Assembly (NCBI GenBank): GCA_025594325.1
Contig: JANHCV010000013.1
Span: forward strand, 1,116,001-1,180,000
Length of the DNA: 64,000 bases
Source: Blastocladiella emersonii ATCC 22665
Taxonomy: Eukaryota > Fungi > Blastocladiomycota
Direction: 5' to 3'
The notes beneath the pieces were generated by a model. The model was not told the origin of the DNA. It worked only from the letters and a program-made list of their open reading frames with translations, and did no database searches. The position numbers and the translations under genes were made by a program. Each line of letters starts with the position of its first letter. The first letter of the stretch is position 1. Positions 11,314 to 22,874 of this stretch are shown here, in pieces.

Positions 11314-12750
11314 CTAGTTGAGCTGCAGCAGACCCGATTCGCGCCACCACGCGGTCACCTTCCCGAACCCGAGCTGCTCCGCCTTTGAAAGCGCAAGATG
11401 ATAGGGTCCGGGAGCCAGCTGGATGCCCGAATGCATCCACCACGCGAGTCGCTCAAGCACGGCGGACTCGTTGTCGTCATGGTTGACGCAGATCCAAGTC
11501 ACTGGGCATGCGAGCGACTCGAGCGCGATAGATATGGAAGCCCAATCGAGCACCTCGATTGCGCAGTACTCGGTCGCGCACAAGACGACGTACTTCCAGA
11601 AATCGTCAGTGGTCTCGGCCACAAGGCCCCCAATCGAGTCAAAGAACGGCTTGTACTTGACGCTGGTGTAGTCGAAGCGGGGATTCGGATTGTTCAGTGG
11701 GTACGGCTTGAGGTGCTGCTGTGGCACGTTGTTCAGAATCCAGTCGAGCGAGCGAACGTGGAGCGTGCCGCGATGCAGCGCGCTCCTCACGAACGAGTCC
11801 CAACCCATGGCGATCATCCACCACTCGTCGGGGTTTTCGTACATGAGGCTGTTGAGAATGTTGATGCTCCCGGCCATGAGCGCGTCGCGCGGTATGATGG
11901 TCGGGCACTCGACGTAGTTGGTCGGCGCGAGCTGCATCTGGCACACGCAGTCGACGAGATCGAGGTCGTCCTTTTCAACGGCGCCGTAGTAGGCGCGCTC
12001 CGTCATTTTGATCGACAAGCAGGACTCTTGCCACCAGCGAAGCACGCCGATGTGGCCCGCGGTGGCGGCATCGTCGACGGCACGCTCAGTGTAGTGCTTG
12101 ATCCACTGGCGCTTGTGGAGGTGCTCGAGCACATCCTTGCAGCCGAGGCCGGAGGCCAGGTCGACCAAGCTCACGGGGCTTCGGCCGTCCTCGCCGACCT
12201 CGATCCCGCTCCATTCCTTCAAGCGGTCGGAGCGATTGGTGACGAGGATGAGCGAGAGATAAAAGGACGACTGCTTCATGTCGGGCGATGGGCCGCGGTG
12301 CTCGATAAGCAAGTCCCGCAGCGTTGCGCGAGGTCCGAGCTGGTTCAATACAGAGAATTGCGGCAAGAGCGCCTGTCGCATCCGATTGTGCAGCGAGTAC
12401 GTAAAGACAAGCTTGCGAAGCCGCGAAAGCCCAGGGGCGACGCGGAGCAGCGGAAGCGGGTCCGTCCAGCTGAAGTCGCGGCGAAGCGCGTGCATGAGAA
12501 TGAGCTCGATGAGCTCGATGGGCAATCGTTGCATGGTGTGTTGCATGTAGTGCAGGCTTACATCCGGCTGTTTCGTGCCCTGGGGAGAAGAGAATCGCCG
12601 CGACGTGTTCGCGGGCGCGCCGAACGTCCCCGGTGCGAACGTTCCTTGCCGCCCATCGGCTGACCCCGGTAGATATGATCGACGCGCTGTTGCCGCCTTG
12701 TCCGCTCTGGATCCATCGTAAAAGTTACACGCTGTTGCAGATGTCGGCAC
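11314..12750 (-). CDS. F-box-like / ankyrin-repeat-like protein, left paralog
   Basis: Open 478-aa ORF; likely start MQHTMQRLPIELIELIL (ATG 12546). Ankyrin-like VDLASGLGCKDVLEHL, VDDAATAGHIGVLRWW, ATEYCAIEVLDW. Paralog at 31704-33034. Confidence 0.7.
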   Translation of the reverse strand: MPTSATACNFYDGSRADKAATARRSYLPGSADGRQGTFAPGTFGAPANTSRRFSSPQGTKQPDVSLHYMQHTMQRLPIELIELILMHALRRDFSWTDPLPLLRVAPGLSRLRKLVFTYSLHNRMRQALLPQFSVLNQLGPRATLRDLLIEHRGPSPDMKQSSFYLSLILVTNRSDRLKEWSGIEVGEDGRSPVSLVDLASGLGCKDVLEHLHKRQWIKHYTERAVDDAATAGHIGVLRWWQESCLSIKMTERAYYGAVEKDDLDLVDCVCQMQLAPTNYVECPTIIPRDALMAGSINILNSLMYENPDEWWMIAMGWDSFVRSALHRGTLHVRSLDWILNNVPQQHLKPYPLNNPNPRFDYTSVKYKPFFDSIGGLVAETTDDFWKYVVLCATEYCAIEVLDWASISIALESLACPVTWICVNHDDNESAVLERLAWWMHSGIQLAPGPYHLALSKAEQLGFGKVTAWWRESGLLQLN

Positions 12751-13108
12751 TAAAGGGTCCAGTCACTTCAGCATCGAGTAGCTCGCGAAGCGAGCTGGTT
12801 GCAGCCTTCGGTTCGCAAGCGTGCCGTCCTCTGACTATGCGATACCGGTGCACACGGTCGCCAGAGGTAACAGGAGGAGCTGGACAGATGAGCGTCGTCG
12901 ACGGCGGTTTGCTGCTTGGGCGAGATGTGATCTTGGAGTGGCCCGCGTGGGCGCACTTCACTCCGCAGCAAACGTGCTCGCTTCGTTGACGGCCCTCGGA
13001 CCCACGCTCTCTCCCTTCATCGGATCGGCTCTTTCAACACGTATGCACAGCTCATGGATAACTCGGATGGAACTCACTCACGCCAGCCTTAACTAGAGCC
13101 AGCCCGCC

Positions 13109-14209
13109 ATGTCGTCCACGGACCGCCTCGACGAGCCGCGCACGAAGCGGATCGGCGACATTCCCGCATCGCTGCGGCCGTCCACCGCGGGGCAAGAGGT
13201 CGGCTCGAGCATCAGCCGCGTGCACTGCGTCGACGGCAAAGACGACTCGATCCTCGCCGGTCTGATCCCCGTGTGGACGGGCGACGTGATCACGTCGCTC
13301 GAGGCGTACTGCACCAGCAGCCGCGTCCGCCCGCCGTCCAACGTGTTTGTGAGCGAGGGCGGGCTCACGTCGTTTGACGTCTCGTGGGACAAGGACGGGC
13401 TCACGCGGCTCGCGTACAATGGCTACGAGTACTCGCGCAGCGGGGCTCGAAGCAGCAGCCAGTTTGGGCCGTGGGTGCAGGACCAGGAGTCGGCGTTTGC
13501 GGGGTGCGTGCTCAAGGAGATTGCTGCCACGAACCCGCCGTCGGGCCCGGCGTACTACGACTTTAAGTTTGCCTGCCCGCCCTTCTCGCCCGCGATCGTG
13601 TCGCTGCCGCCCGTGTTGACTGCTACAGTCTCAGCTTTGGTCTCGCGTACGTCCACGACTGTCTCGGCGACGCGTACGGCTGCGCCGACGGGCTCAGCAT
13701 CGGTCACGCCCACGCCACTGGCGGCGGATCCCAAGGCGTCGGCGGGCAACGTCCCGAACGACTCGGTGGCTTCTTCATCCAGCATCATGTACGCCGCACT
13801 CGGCGCCGTCGCCGCCCTGCTCCTCGTGCTCGTCGGGTTCACCATGTACCGGCGCGGGCGGCACACTGCCAAGGCCGAGCTCCGCACCCGCGGCATCACT
13901 CCGCCGCCGCCGGCACCTCCCGCTCCACAGCTCACGGCACCTCCCGCGACCGCACAGCTGCGTCCCGTCTCCGCCGTCTCCACCGCGGCGCCCGACCCGA
14001 GCTCGCCTGGCCCCGCGGACCCGACGCTCCCGCGCACGCGCAGCAGTGGCGTGTACGAGAGCAAGGTCTACTACGTGCACGCCGCCGCGCCGGTGACCAT
14101 GCCGGTGCAGCCCGCGGGGACGGCGCTCGCGATCGAGGCGCGCAAGCCGCACCGGGCGTTGGTCGGCGTGACGCCTGGCGATCGCGGCGAGGACCTGTTC
14201 CTGCCCTAG
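13109..14209 (+). CDS. Single-pass membrane protein (Cys-containing beta-rich N-domain, Ser/Thr stalk, TM, Pro-rich tail)
   Basis: 366-aa ORF; TM IMYAALGAVAALLLVLVGFTMY followed by RRGRH. No classical signal peptide. Lectin-like fold is speculative. Confidence 0.75.
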   Translation: MSSTDRLDEPRTKRIGDIPASLRPSTAGQEVGSSISRVHCVDGKDDSILAGLIPVWTGDVITSLEAYCTSSRVRPPSNVFVSEGGLTSFDVSWDKDGLTRLAYNGYEYSRSGARSSSQFGPWVQDQESAFAGCVLKEIAATNPPSGPAYYDFKFACPPFSPAIVSLPPVLTATVSALVSRTSTTVSATRTAAPTGSASVTPTPLAADPKASAGNVPNDSVASSSSIMYAALGAVAALLLVLVGFTMYRRGRHTAKAELRTRGITPPPPAPPAPQLTAPPATAQLRPVSAVSTAAPDPSSPGPADPTLPRTRSSGVYESKVYYVHAAAPVTMPVQPAGTALAIEARKPHRALVGVTPGDRGEDLFLP

Positions 14210-14367
14210 AACGGAGCATCTAGAACGAATGCATACATAGAGTATTTTCATAGCAAGGGTCGCTAGTTTAAGTCGCGGAAGCGCGAAGGGGAGGGCGGAG
14301 GCGCAACGCTAACGCTGAACGCCAAGTCTCCTGTGCGAACTCGGCGCGTTTCGTTCGACTCTCCGCA

Positions 14368-16727
14368 ATGAGCTCGGCACGCCGCCACATGATGCCTTCG
14401 GCCATGAATCACTTGATGCATTTGGACCACGGATCATCCAACAGACGCTGTTTATCCTTGCCCGAGCTCCCGGCAGACTTGGTTGCCGCTGTCCTGCAGC
14501 TCGCGCTGGCCCGGCCCGATGTCCCAGCCGCGTCAAGAGTCTTTGCTCGCGTCGCTTGCGACGCAGTGGTGCTCTCGACATGGACGGCGCGGGAGCTCAT
14601 TCGGATCGGGCGCTTGTTTGACGGAGACCCCGAGCACTTAAGTCTTGGCGAGTTGCCAGACGGATCGACGATCCTGGCGCGTGCAGCCGCACAGCTTGAT
14701 TGTCAGCTCGCTGACGTCGTTCAAGACACCTCCGACGTCGAAGCGCTACTTTCATTCCAAACCCGCGTCGACACCCTCTTTCGCGCCGTCTTTTCGTGTG
14801 CCAGCTCCCGCGCCCACGCCCAGCTTTCCAGACGGACCGCCGACGAACTCGGCCCCTTTCTCAGCGACCTTGCAGAAGGCTTATCTGTCCGATCATTGCA
14901 TGCTTCACTCTACAGTTTCCCGACTAATGTCATTGTCCGCATTCTGGCGATCGCCGTCACGCTCAACAACTGCACGCTACTCGAGTATCTGCTGACAGAA
15001 ATCGAATCTCGCTGGCCCCATCTCTTCAAGACTTTGCTCCCGCTGCGGGTTTGGGAGATTCTCGGGCTCCTTGACCCGGTCGGCTATGACGACGGCGAAG
15101 CCCTTGGCGACATCTTTGATGCCGCAGCCGACTCGGCATTGGGCTCGTGCTTGGCTGACTTTCTTGCTTTTGCTGCTGCCGCGTTTTGGGAGCCGCTTCC
15201 GCTCAGCTTGCTGTTCACGTCGCCCGCTCGCTTCGGCACTCGACCAGCGCGGGTGCTCGAGATCCTGTCGCTGCTACCGGTCACCCAGTTCATGTTTGGC
15301 GAGCGCTCCGACCCGATTGACTCCATTGCAGGCGTGATGGAGGAAATCCTCTCCTGCGACTGCAACGTTCCAAACAAGCTCATGTCCTCGGCCGTGAACT
15401 ATCTCAGCGAGAACGAGGCTCTGGTTTTTGCTGCACTCGTCGATTGCTTCTCAGACAAAATATGCGCGTCGTTGTCTCCGATGGAGCACGCGTCGGTCGG
15501 TCCATCGATCTGGAGCTGGTTCGAGGGAGCTCAATTCACGTACACCATGCGCGCCGGACCTTTGTTGTTCGAAACGTTCAGGCCGCTTGTCGTCCACGGG
15601 TTTCTTCTGCCACTTCAACTCGGTCCGATCCTTGCACGCGTGGTCGGCCGGGAAGGCGAAGCTGGAGCGCTTCGCGCAATCGTCTCACCAGCTGCGTGGG
15701 ACGACACTCTATTGGAAGGTACGCGGTCGCTTCGATAACCCGATCCAACTTTCATGTCTGACTATTCACTCACTCTACGCCTGCCCTATTCACTCACTCT
15801 ACGCCCTGCTCAGCCTTTGCGAACGAGCTTCAAGCTGGCACATTACCGCACTCGGCGCTTGCTGACATTACTAAGGCGACGGCCTCCAGCTCTCTCATCT
15901 CGCGGATCAGTGATTGCTACCGCGCACCGGACGGATTCCGATTTGATTCGTTCATTGATGCTTTCCTCGACGGAAAACGCGACTCGGACGACGTAGTGCT
16001 CGAGCTGCTTTCAACCGTTGCGCGGTACCTCTCGCTCGAGCGGCCTGAAGCGTTTTCCCACTCTTGGCCTGCGACCTACGCCATTGCATGTCTCGCGGAG
16101 GCCACCTTTTCGCGGCCGCAGCTACGGGATCGTGCTCTCGAGATCGCGCGCGAAACGGGCGCCGCGGGACACTTGGTCAGCGCCGCAACCGCGGCCCGCT
16201 TCCAGTTTCGTGGCCGGTACGAAAACGTATTAATGTCCCAACTACAAGAATGTCCACACTGCTCTTCGACATACGAACCCGCATGGCGCGAGGCATTTCC
16301 TGCGCTCGTCGCGTTATCTCCCCGCGGTGCGGAATTCACGCAGCTTCTTGTCGCGTTCTTGGACACGATAATTCCTGGTGGATACCGATCAAATCCTTAC
16401 ACGTACCCTCGATACGATCCCACCCACGACCATGGTTGCGACAAAGGCCGCCGCGCGAGCGGTCTGCTCGAGTTTACATTCGACACGCTCGTCCGCCACG
16501 ACGCGGCGCTGCTTGAGCCGCTCTTTCTTGCTCTCGCTCCCGTCCCGACGAGCATTTCCATGACGCTGCCGGACGGGTCGCTCGATGGTTTCATGACCGT
16601 CAAGCTCGTTGAGCGATATGCCCGTACTTTCGGAATCGAACAAGGCCACCTTGCGGAGCTCGAGCGGCTCGCGCCGACTCATTTTGCGAAGGCCGAAATG
16701 CCTGTCCGTGATGTCGCACGCCAATAG
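14368..16727 (+). CDS. Two-exon F-box-like protein, subfamily I (~754 aa, intact)
   Basis: LSLPELPADLVAAVLQLA. Intron 15719-15813 joins ORFs 14368 and 15996 in frame (1351+914 nt = 755 codons). CPHC and HDHGC motifs in exon 2. Confidence 0.85.
15762..15805 (+). repeat. 20-bp direct repeat (period 24) in intron
   Basis: ctattcactcactctacgcc at 15762 and 15786; mirrored in the right arm. Confidence 0.85.
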
Positions 16728-16958
16728 TTTACTCGTTGATCATGCTCTAACTTGCGGGAAGAAGCGCCGCTCCCGTGTTACGTCGGCGCGAAGCTGCCTG
16801 AGCCGTTGACCAAACGTCTTCGTTGTCGCGAATGATCGATGCGTTCTCTCCTGCGACTGATTATATAATCCTCTCGTCACGTTCCGCGAGGTACGCGCAG
16901 ATTAGTGAGGTCAGGCCACCTCCAGAGCGGGTGAACAGTTGAAAGCGCGAGACACGTT

Positions 16959-16982
16959 GAGACGCGCCGCGCCACTCACGTG
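16959..16982 (+). promoter_or_regulatory. Bipartite element variant B
   Basis: gagacgcgccgcgccactcacgtg upstream of a membrane-protein gene remnant. Confidence 0.55.
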
Positions 16983-17429
16983 AGCAATATTGGCCGGATA
17001 CTTTCTCACTCGATCGGCCGGAAATGGGTCAGCACCACTGACCGAACAAAAACCCCGAATTGTGCTTGGAAAGCTTGGTTCAGCAGCGAATTCGCCTTGA
17101 CGTAGGCGCCGCTGACAGCGGGCGTCGTGGCCCGATCGCAGTGACACAGGCGCAGGCTCAATGATGGTCGCCTGGCACGGCTCGTTGCCGGTCGGTGCGG
17201 AAGCGTACGCGGTTGACGCGAACATGATAAAGGCATCGGTGGACGCGGGGCTCGCATAATAGCGGCACCGGTGGATGCGGGGCTCGCCACGGACCAGGGA
17301 AACGGCTCGGCTAAGTGTGTGACGCCATCGCGGTCGCGGCCACAGCCTTGCGCTCTCGCCGACGGGCTCGGCGATGGCAGACCTACGCTGCAAGCAGATC
17401 TCAAATGGTCATCGGGCAACGTCTTGGGG

Positions 17430-18201
17430 CCCGTAATCGGACTCGCTCTTCTCATGTACGCCGCGCTCGGATCATGCACCGCCCTCTCCATCACGCTCAC
17501 CGACCTCGACATGTACCCGCGTGAGAAATACGCGGTTAAGACTGAGCTCCGCACCCGCGGCGGCGTCCCGCCGCCGCCCGCCCCGCCTGCTCCACAGTTC
17601 AATGCGCTAACCGCGACCGCACAGCAGCGCCCCGCTTCGAGCTTGGTCGACCCTGGGTCTTGTTGGACAACTTAATTACGATGACGAGACGCTTCTCGAG
17701 GAAATCTTTGATGCCGCAGCCGAATTGGCGTTCGAGCCTTGCTTGGCCGACTTCCTCGGCTACGTCGCTGTGACGCAACTTGTCTCCGTATTCTTGAGCG
17801 CAAACATGCTTGATTACAGGGATAAAGAATTCCAAGGCGAGCATCATCGCCACGGCTTCAGCCACCATGATTGCGGCACACGCTACCGCGTGAGCGGTCT
17901 GCTCGAGTTCACGTTCGACCCACTCGTCCGCCACGAACCGGCGCTGCTCGTCCCTCTCTTCATGATCCTTGCTCCTGTCCCAGCAAGTATCTCTGCGCCG
18001 CTTCCCAACGGCTCACTCGAAGGTGTTCTCACCGAAGCGCAAGTGAATCGGCTTGCACTGACTCGTGGAACGAAACTAAGTCATCTTACAGAACTCAAGC
18101 GGCTTGCGCCGAGTCACTTCACCGGGTGTGGAACGGGCGTCGCCGTCGCGGTCTGTGATCGAGGCGTGCGATCCAGGCGTGCCTGTGGCGTCTCGGTATA
18201 A
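17430..18201 (+). pseudogene. Chimeric remnant: membrane-protein TM fragment, F-box-like exon-1 middle, exon-2 3' part
   Basis: LLMYAALG..KTELRTRGGVPPPPAPPAPQ, then LGLVGQLNYDDETLLEEIFDAAAELAFEPCLADFL, then at 17776 a jump to HHDCGTRYRVSGLLEFTFDPLVRHEP. Confidence 0.75.
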
Positions 18202-18278
18202 CGTTTATTCTTGTGCGTATCGCAGGCGCACTCGCGGGGAGAGCTCGGGTTCGAAGGAAGCAGCGCGCGAGACACGTT

Positions 18279-18302
18279 GAGACGCGTCGCGCCACTCACG
18301 TG
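18279..18302 (+). promoter_or_regulatory. Bipartite element variant B
   Basis: gagacgcgtcgcgccactcacgtg with the same upstream gcgcgagacacgtt context as 16945. Confidence 0.55.
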
Positions 18303-18459
18303 ACGTAATATTCGCCCGAATGTCACCTCGCCCGACCGTTCAGAAAACGAAGGATCACTCGACAACTCAGAGCACCAAGGAGACAATGGAGCAAAATCGC
18401 GAATATCTTCAAACTACTCGTACAACAACGCGCCGCGGCGCGCGCGCACACACATTCAT

Positions 18460-21400
18460 CTAGTAGTAGTGGGCGGCCTTGGTCTTGGGGTGGCACTTCT
18501 TGTGCTTCTTGGCGGGCACGGTGGGCTCCTCGGCGCCCTTGCCGTAACCCTCGCCGGCAGGCGTGGTCGGGACGGGCTTCTCGGTGCCGACGACGGCGGG
18601 CACGTCCTTGCCGTAGCCGTAGCCGTAGTCGCCGCCGGTCGCGGGCGTCGTGGCCTTGGGCTCCTCGGCGCCAGCACCGGCGGGCTCGTAAGCCTTGCCG
18701 GGGGTCGCGGGCGCGGGAGCAGCGGCGCCGCCGCGGTTGTACGGGGCGGGGGCGGGCGCGGCCGTGGGCTGCTCGACGGGGACGACGGCGGTCTTGGTGA
18801 CGACCTTGGTGACGTAGCCGTTGCCGTTCTTGGCGTCGTCGGCGACGGTGGTCGCGGTCGTGTACACGATCGTGGTGTAGGCGGGCGTGGGCTCGACGAC
18901 GGTCGTCTTGGTGCCGACGACTACGGTCGTCTTGCACGGCTCGGTGCCGGTGGGCGCGGGCACGTAGACGGTCGTGGTCTGGGTGCCGACGACGACGGTG
19001 GTCTTGCACGGCTCGGTGCCGATCGGGGCGGGCACGTAGACGGTCGACGCGGGGACGGTGACGACGACGGTCGACGCGGGGACGGTCACGACCGAGGTCA
19101 CGGCCGGGTAGGTGCCCGAGGCGGTCGCGGTCGCGGTCGAGGTCGTGGCGGGGATCGTGGCGGTCGAGGTCGTGGCGGGGACCGTGTAGGTGGTGGCGGT
19201 CGTGGCGGTGGTCGTCGACGACTTGCGGTCGTAGGGAGCCGAGGTCGTGGTCGAGGCGGTCGTGGTCGACGAGGTCTTGCGGCCGTAGGGCGCGGTCGTG
19301 GTGCCGGTGGCCGTGGCGGTGGCCGAGCCAGTCGCGGTCGCGGAGCCCGTGGCGGTCTCGGTGGCCGAAGCGGAGCCGGTCGCGGTCGCGGAGCCCGAAG
19401 CCGAGGTCGAGGTCGAGGTGCCGGTGGTGGTGGTGCCCGACGACGTGGTCGAGGTCGAGGTGCCGGTGGTGGCCGAGGACGAAGCCGACGAGGTGGTCGA
19501 GGTGGTCGTCGAAGTCGAAGTCGAGGTGGCGGTGGTCGAGGTGGTGGTGGTGGTCGACTTGTTCTTGCGGACCTTGATGATCGGGCCAGCCCAGACCTCC
19601 TTGAGGGCCTCGGCAGGCTTGACGGGGATGTCGCGGCCGGCGGGGACGACCGAGATGCGGAACTGGAAGTCGCCGTCGGCGGTGATCTGCTTGTTGGTGA
19701 GCGAGTTGGGCTTCTCGAGGTACTCGCCGTTCCAGCCGCGGATCGGGACCGTGGGCTTGGCGGGGTTGACGGCGCCGAGCTCGGGGAGCACGTAGTTGTT
19801 CTGCGGGATGTACGCGTACTGGCCAATGTACCCGATGCGCTCGCCGTTGGCGCCCGCCGTCATGTTGTGGATGGTGAAGGCGGCCATGCGCGTCAGGTGC
19901 GTCATGTGCACGTACAGGGCGGGCATGTCGAGCGTGTCGGCGTCGAGCGTGAACTCGGGCAGCACGTCCTTGGCGCTGGTCCACACCTGCATGTCGGCGG
20001 GGATCGGCTCGCCCGCCTCAATGTCCCACTCGTTGACGGGCCCGTTGGCGGGCGTGATGCCGGCGACCTCGACGATCGTGTACGTCGAGTAGTCGCCCTT
20101 CATGCCGGCGTAGGGGACGCGCAGCGTCGCGAGCGACGACTCGGCGGCCTCGGGCACGAACGTGACGTAGCCCGACAGGATCCAGTGCTCCTCGTTGGGC
20201 AGGTCCGTGACGGCCTTGAAGTCGATGGTGGCCGTGATCGAGGCCGACGCCGCGGGCGCCAGCTCGATGGTCTCGGCGGAGAAGGAGACGCGCGCCGCCG
20301 ACTTGGAGTACTTGAGCTGGGCCTGGGTCAGGCCGTGCTCGCCGTGCACCGAGAGCGCGGGCGCGTGCACGACGCGGTACTTGACGGGCTCGGCGCCGTT
20401 GTTGGTGATCTGGATCTTGCGCGTGTGGCGGCCAGCGAAGGTCGTGTCGAACAGCTCGAGCTTGGCGGGCGTCACGGCGACGCGGTTGGTGATGAGCTCG
20501 TACGCCTGGATCAGACCGGCGCCCTGCTTGCCGACCGGGTGCAGGTCAGCGGCGTCCTTGCCCATGGCGGCGGGCTTGGCCGTGTTCATGGCCATGCGCT
20601 GCAGGATCGGGAACAGGTTGGTGCCCTTGGCCGGCTTCATGTACTCGAGAGCGCTATCGGCGGGCGAGATTCAAGTCAGCCACTGATCGGCGAGCAAGCG
20701 GGTCAGGAAAAAGTGATGCGCACCAAGCCATGACACCAGCGGCGTAGGGCGTGGCCATGGACGTGCCCGAGATGGTGTTGTAGGACTGGCCCGAGGCCTG
20801 GGGCCACGACGAGTAGATCTGGCCTGTGGGACGAATCAGGGCGAGTTAGTAATCGCTCCAGGACCCCAAAAAAACGACGGTAGCATACCTCCTGGGGCCG
20901 AAATTTCAGGCTTGAGCTCGAGGTTGGCGCCGAGACCCCACGACGAAAAGTCGGAGGGCTGGCCGGCGGTCTGGACGGCGACGGGCTCCTGGCCGGGCGT
21001 GAACTCGAGCGTGACGGCAGCGCCCTTCTCGACGGCGGCCTTGATGGCGGTCCCGGCCTCGGCCGACACGAACCCGACGGGGACGGGGAACACCGAGTCC
21101 TCGGCGAACCCGCCGAACCACACGCCGGTCGGCTGGTTGTTGAAGAAGACGATCGACTTGGCGCCCGCAGCGACGGCGTTCTCGATCTTGACCGTGAACG
21201 CGCAGGTGCCGCGGCGCAGCAGCGCCGTCTTGCCCTCGAACGAGAAGCCCGCGGGGAACGGCGCGCACGCGTCGTTGGGGATCGTGGCCGGGTTGGGCGA
21301 CGGCTTGACGACGTACTTGTCGCCCGTCTTGAAGGCGCCCTTGGGCCGCGCGTCCGTGTTGGCGGGGATCGACGTCAGGCCCGCGACGCCCTCGACCTTG

Positions 21401-22874
21401 ACGGCCTGCTTGAGCGCCTTGGCGTTGTCGAACGAGCCGACGCCGAAGCCGTTGAGCGCGACACCGGGCGCGGCCGCGTGGAACAGGCCCTGCGCGCCGT
21501 CGTTGCCGAGCGCCGACATGACGACGAGGCCCTTGTCGGCGAGGCGCGACGCCGCCATGGCGGTTGAATAGTCCCAGAAGCTACTTCCACCGCCGAGCGA
21601 CATATTGATGATGTCCATGCCGTCCTTGAAGGCGGCGGTCATGCCCTGCAGGATGAGCTCGGTTGAGGTGCCGCCCTTGCACCCGAAGATGCGGTACGCG
21701 CCGAGCGTCACCTCGGGCGCCGAGCCCGTGATCTGGTCGTCGTTGCCGCCGATGATGCCCGCGACGTGCGTGCCGTGGCCGGCGAGCGCGCAGTCCATGG
21801 GGTCGTTGTCGGGCTTGGGCTTGGTGTTGTCGTCGCCCACAAAGTCGGAGCCGTACTTGACACGGCAGCCGTCGCCGGCGAAGGTCGTGCACTTCTTGCC
21901 GGGCTCCGCGAAGGCGGGGTGCTTCCAGTCTGCGAGCAGGTGATGCGGGGAGTGGTTAGATTCATGGTTCGGGGACAGAGACGAGAGGAGCAGGAACGGC
22001 GAGTCGAGGCTGCGCCGCCGCGGCGTCAGCGCTCGCACCGACCCGTCGCCTCCACCGACCCTCGCGCCACATCACCATGCCGAAGCGAAGGAGGGGCGTC
22101 TTGAGGAGAAGGAGAAGCAGGATCGGCGAGACGAGGCGGCGAGCGGCGGCGGCGCCACGTTGGTCGGCGGTCGGCGGTAGCGCCGACCCGTCGTGTCGCC
22201 TTCACCAACTTCCTCAACACCCCGCGACGTAGAAAAACAGCACGTACCAATGCCAGTATCGATCACACCCACCTTAATACCCTTTCCAGTCACGCCTAAG
22301 AGAGGAGGAAGGGTGGGGAGTGAGCAAGAGTCGCGGGAAGCGACGGGCGCGATCGCGGGCGCGTACCGAGCTCAGCGCGCGCGCGTGCGACACCAGTCAT
22401 GCCGTGGGCGAACTTGAGGGCGGGCTTAGCGTCGTCGGAGTTGCGACCCTTGACGGGGTTGAGCTGGTAGGTCATGATGGGCTGGACCGACTTGACGCCG
22501 GGGGCGGCGAGGATCTTGGCGAGGTCGTCATCGGACTGGACGGTGACGGAGACGCCGTTGAAGACGTCGGTGAAGCGCTTGTTGATGGCGACGGGCAGCG
22601 AGTTCTTGCGGCAGTAGGCCGAGAAGCCGTCGTGCGACTCCTGGCGCTGGGCCGACTCGGCGGGCGCCGTGATGGCGGGGGCCGACTCGAACTCGACGAG
22701 GAAGCGGTTCTTGGCGATGCCGACGTGCTTGGGCAGGTTGTCGGACTGGACCGAGTGGAAGGTGGCGATGCGCGCGTCGCCGAGCTTGCCGGCCTCGGCG
22801 TTGAAGACGAGCGCCGCGGCGAGCAGCAGCGCGAGGAGCACCGACTTGGAGGTGGTGGTGCGGCGGCGCGCCAT
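18460..22874 (-). CDS. Secreted subtilisin-like serine protease (S8; I9 prodomain, PA insert, fn3-like domain, long Thr/Ser-rich tail)
   Basis: Signal peptide (VLLALLLAAALVFNAEA). Triad motifs VGVIDTGI (~22255), HGTHVAG (~21770), GTSMATP (~20755). PA ALLRRGTCAFTVK. About four introns. Biased GC3 codon usage. Confidence 0.92.

Larger units (their letters stand above)
12918..17775 (+). repeat. Left arm of 4858-bp inverted repeat
   Basis: All ORF pairs sum to 44290 (13109/31181, 14368/29922, 15996/28294). Translations identical except N/T at 17602/26688. First outer mismatch 12917/31373. Identity ends after ...gctgtgacg. Confidence 0.95.

Noticed and set aside
18323-20733. Long alternative-frame and antisense ORFs (553, 754 aa; also 46654-49544 and 59798-62920)
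   Set aside because: Shadows of GC3-biased real genes; Arg/Gly/Pro-rich with no domain signal.
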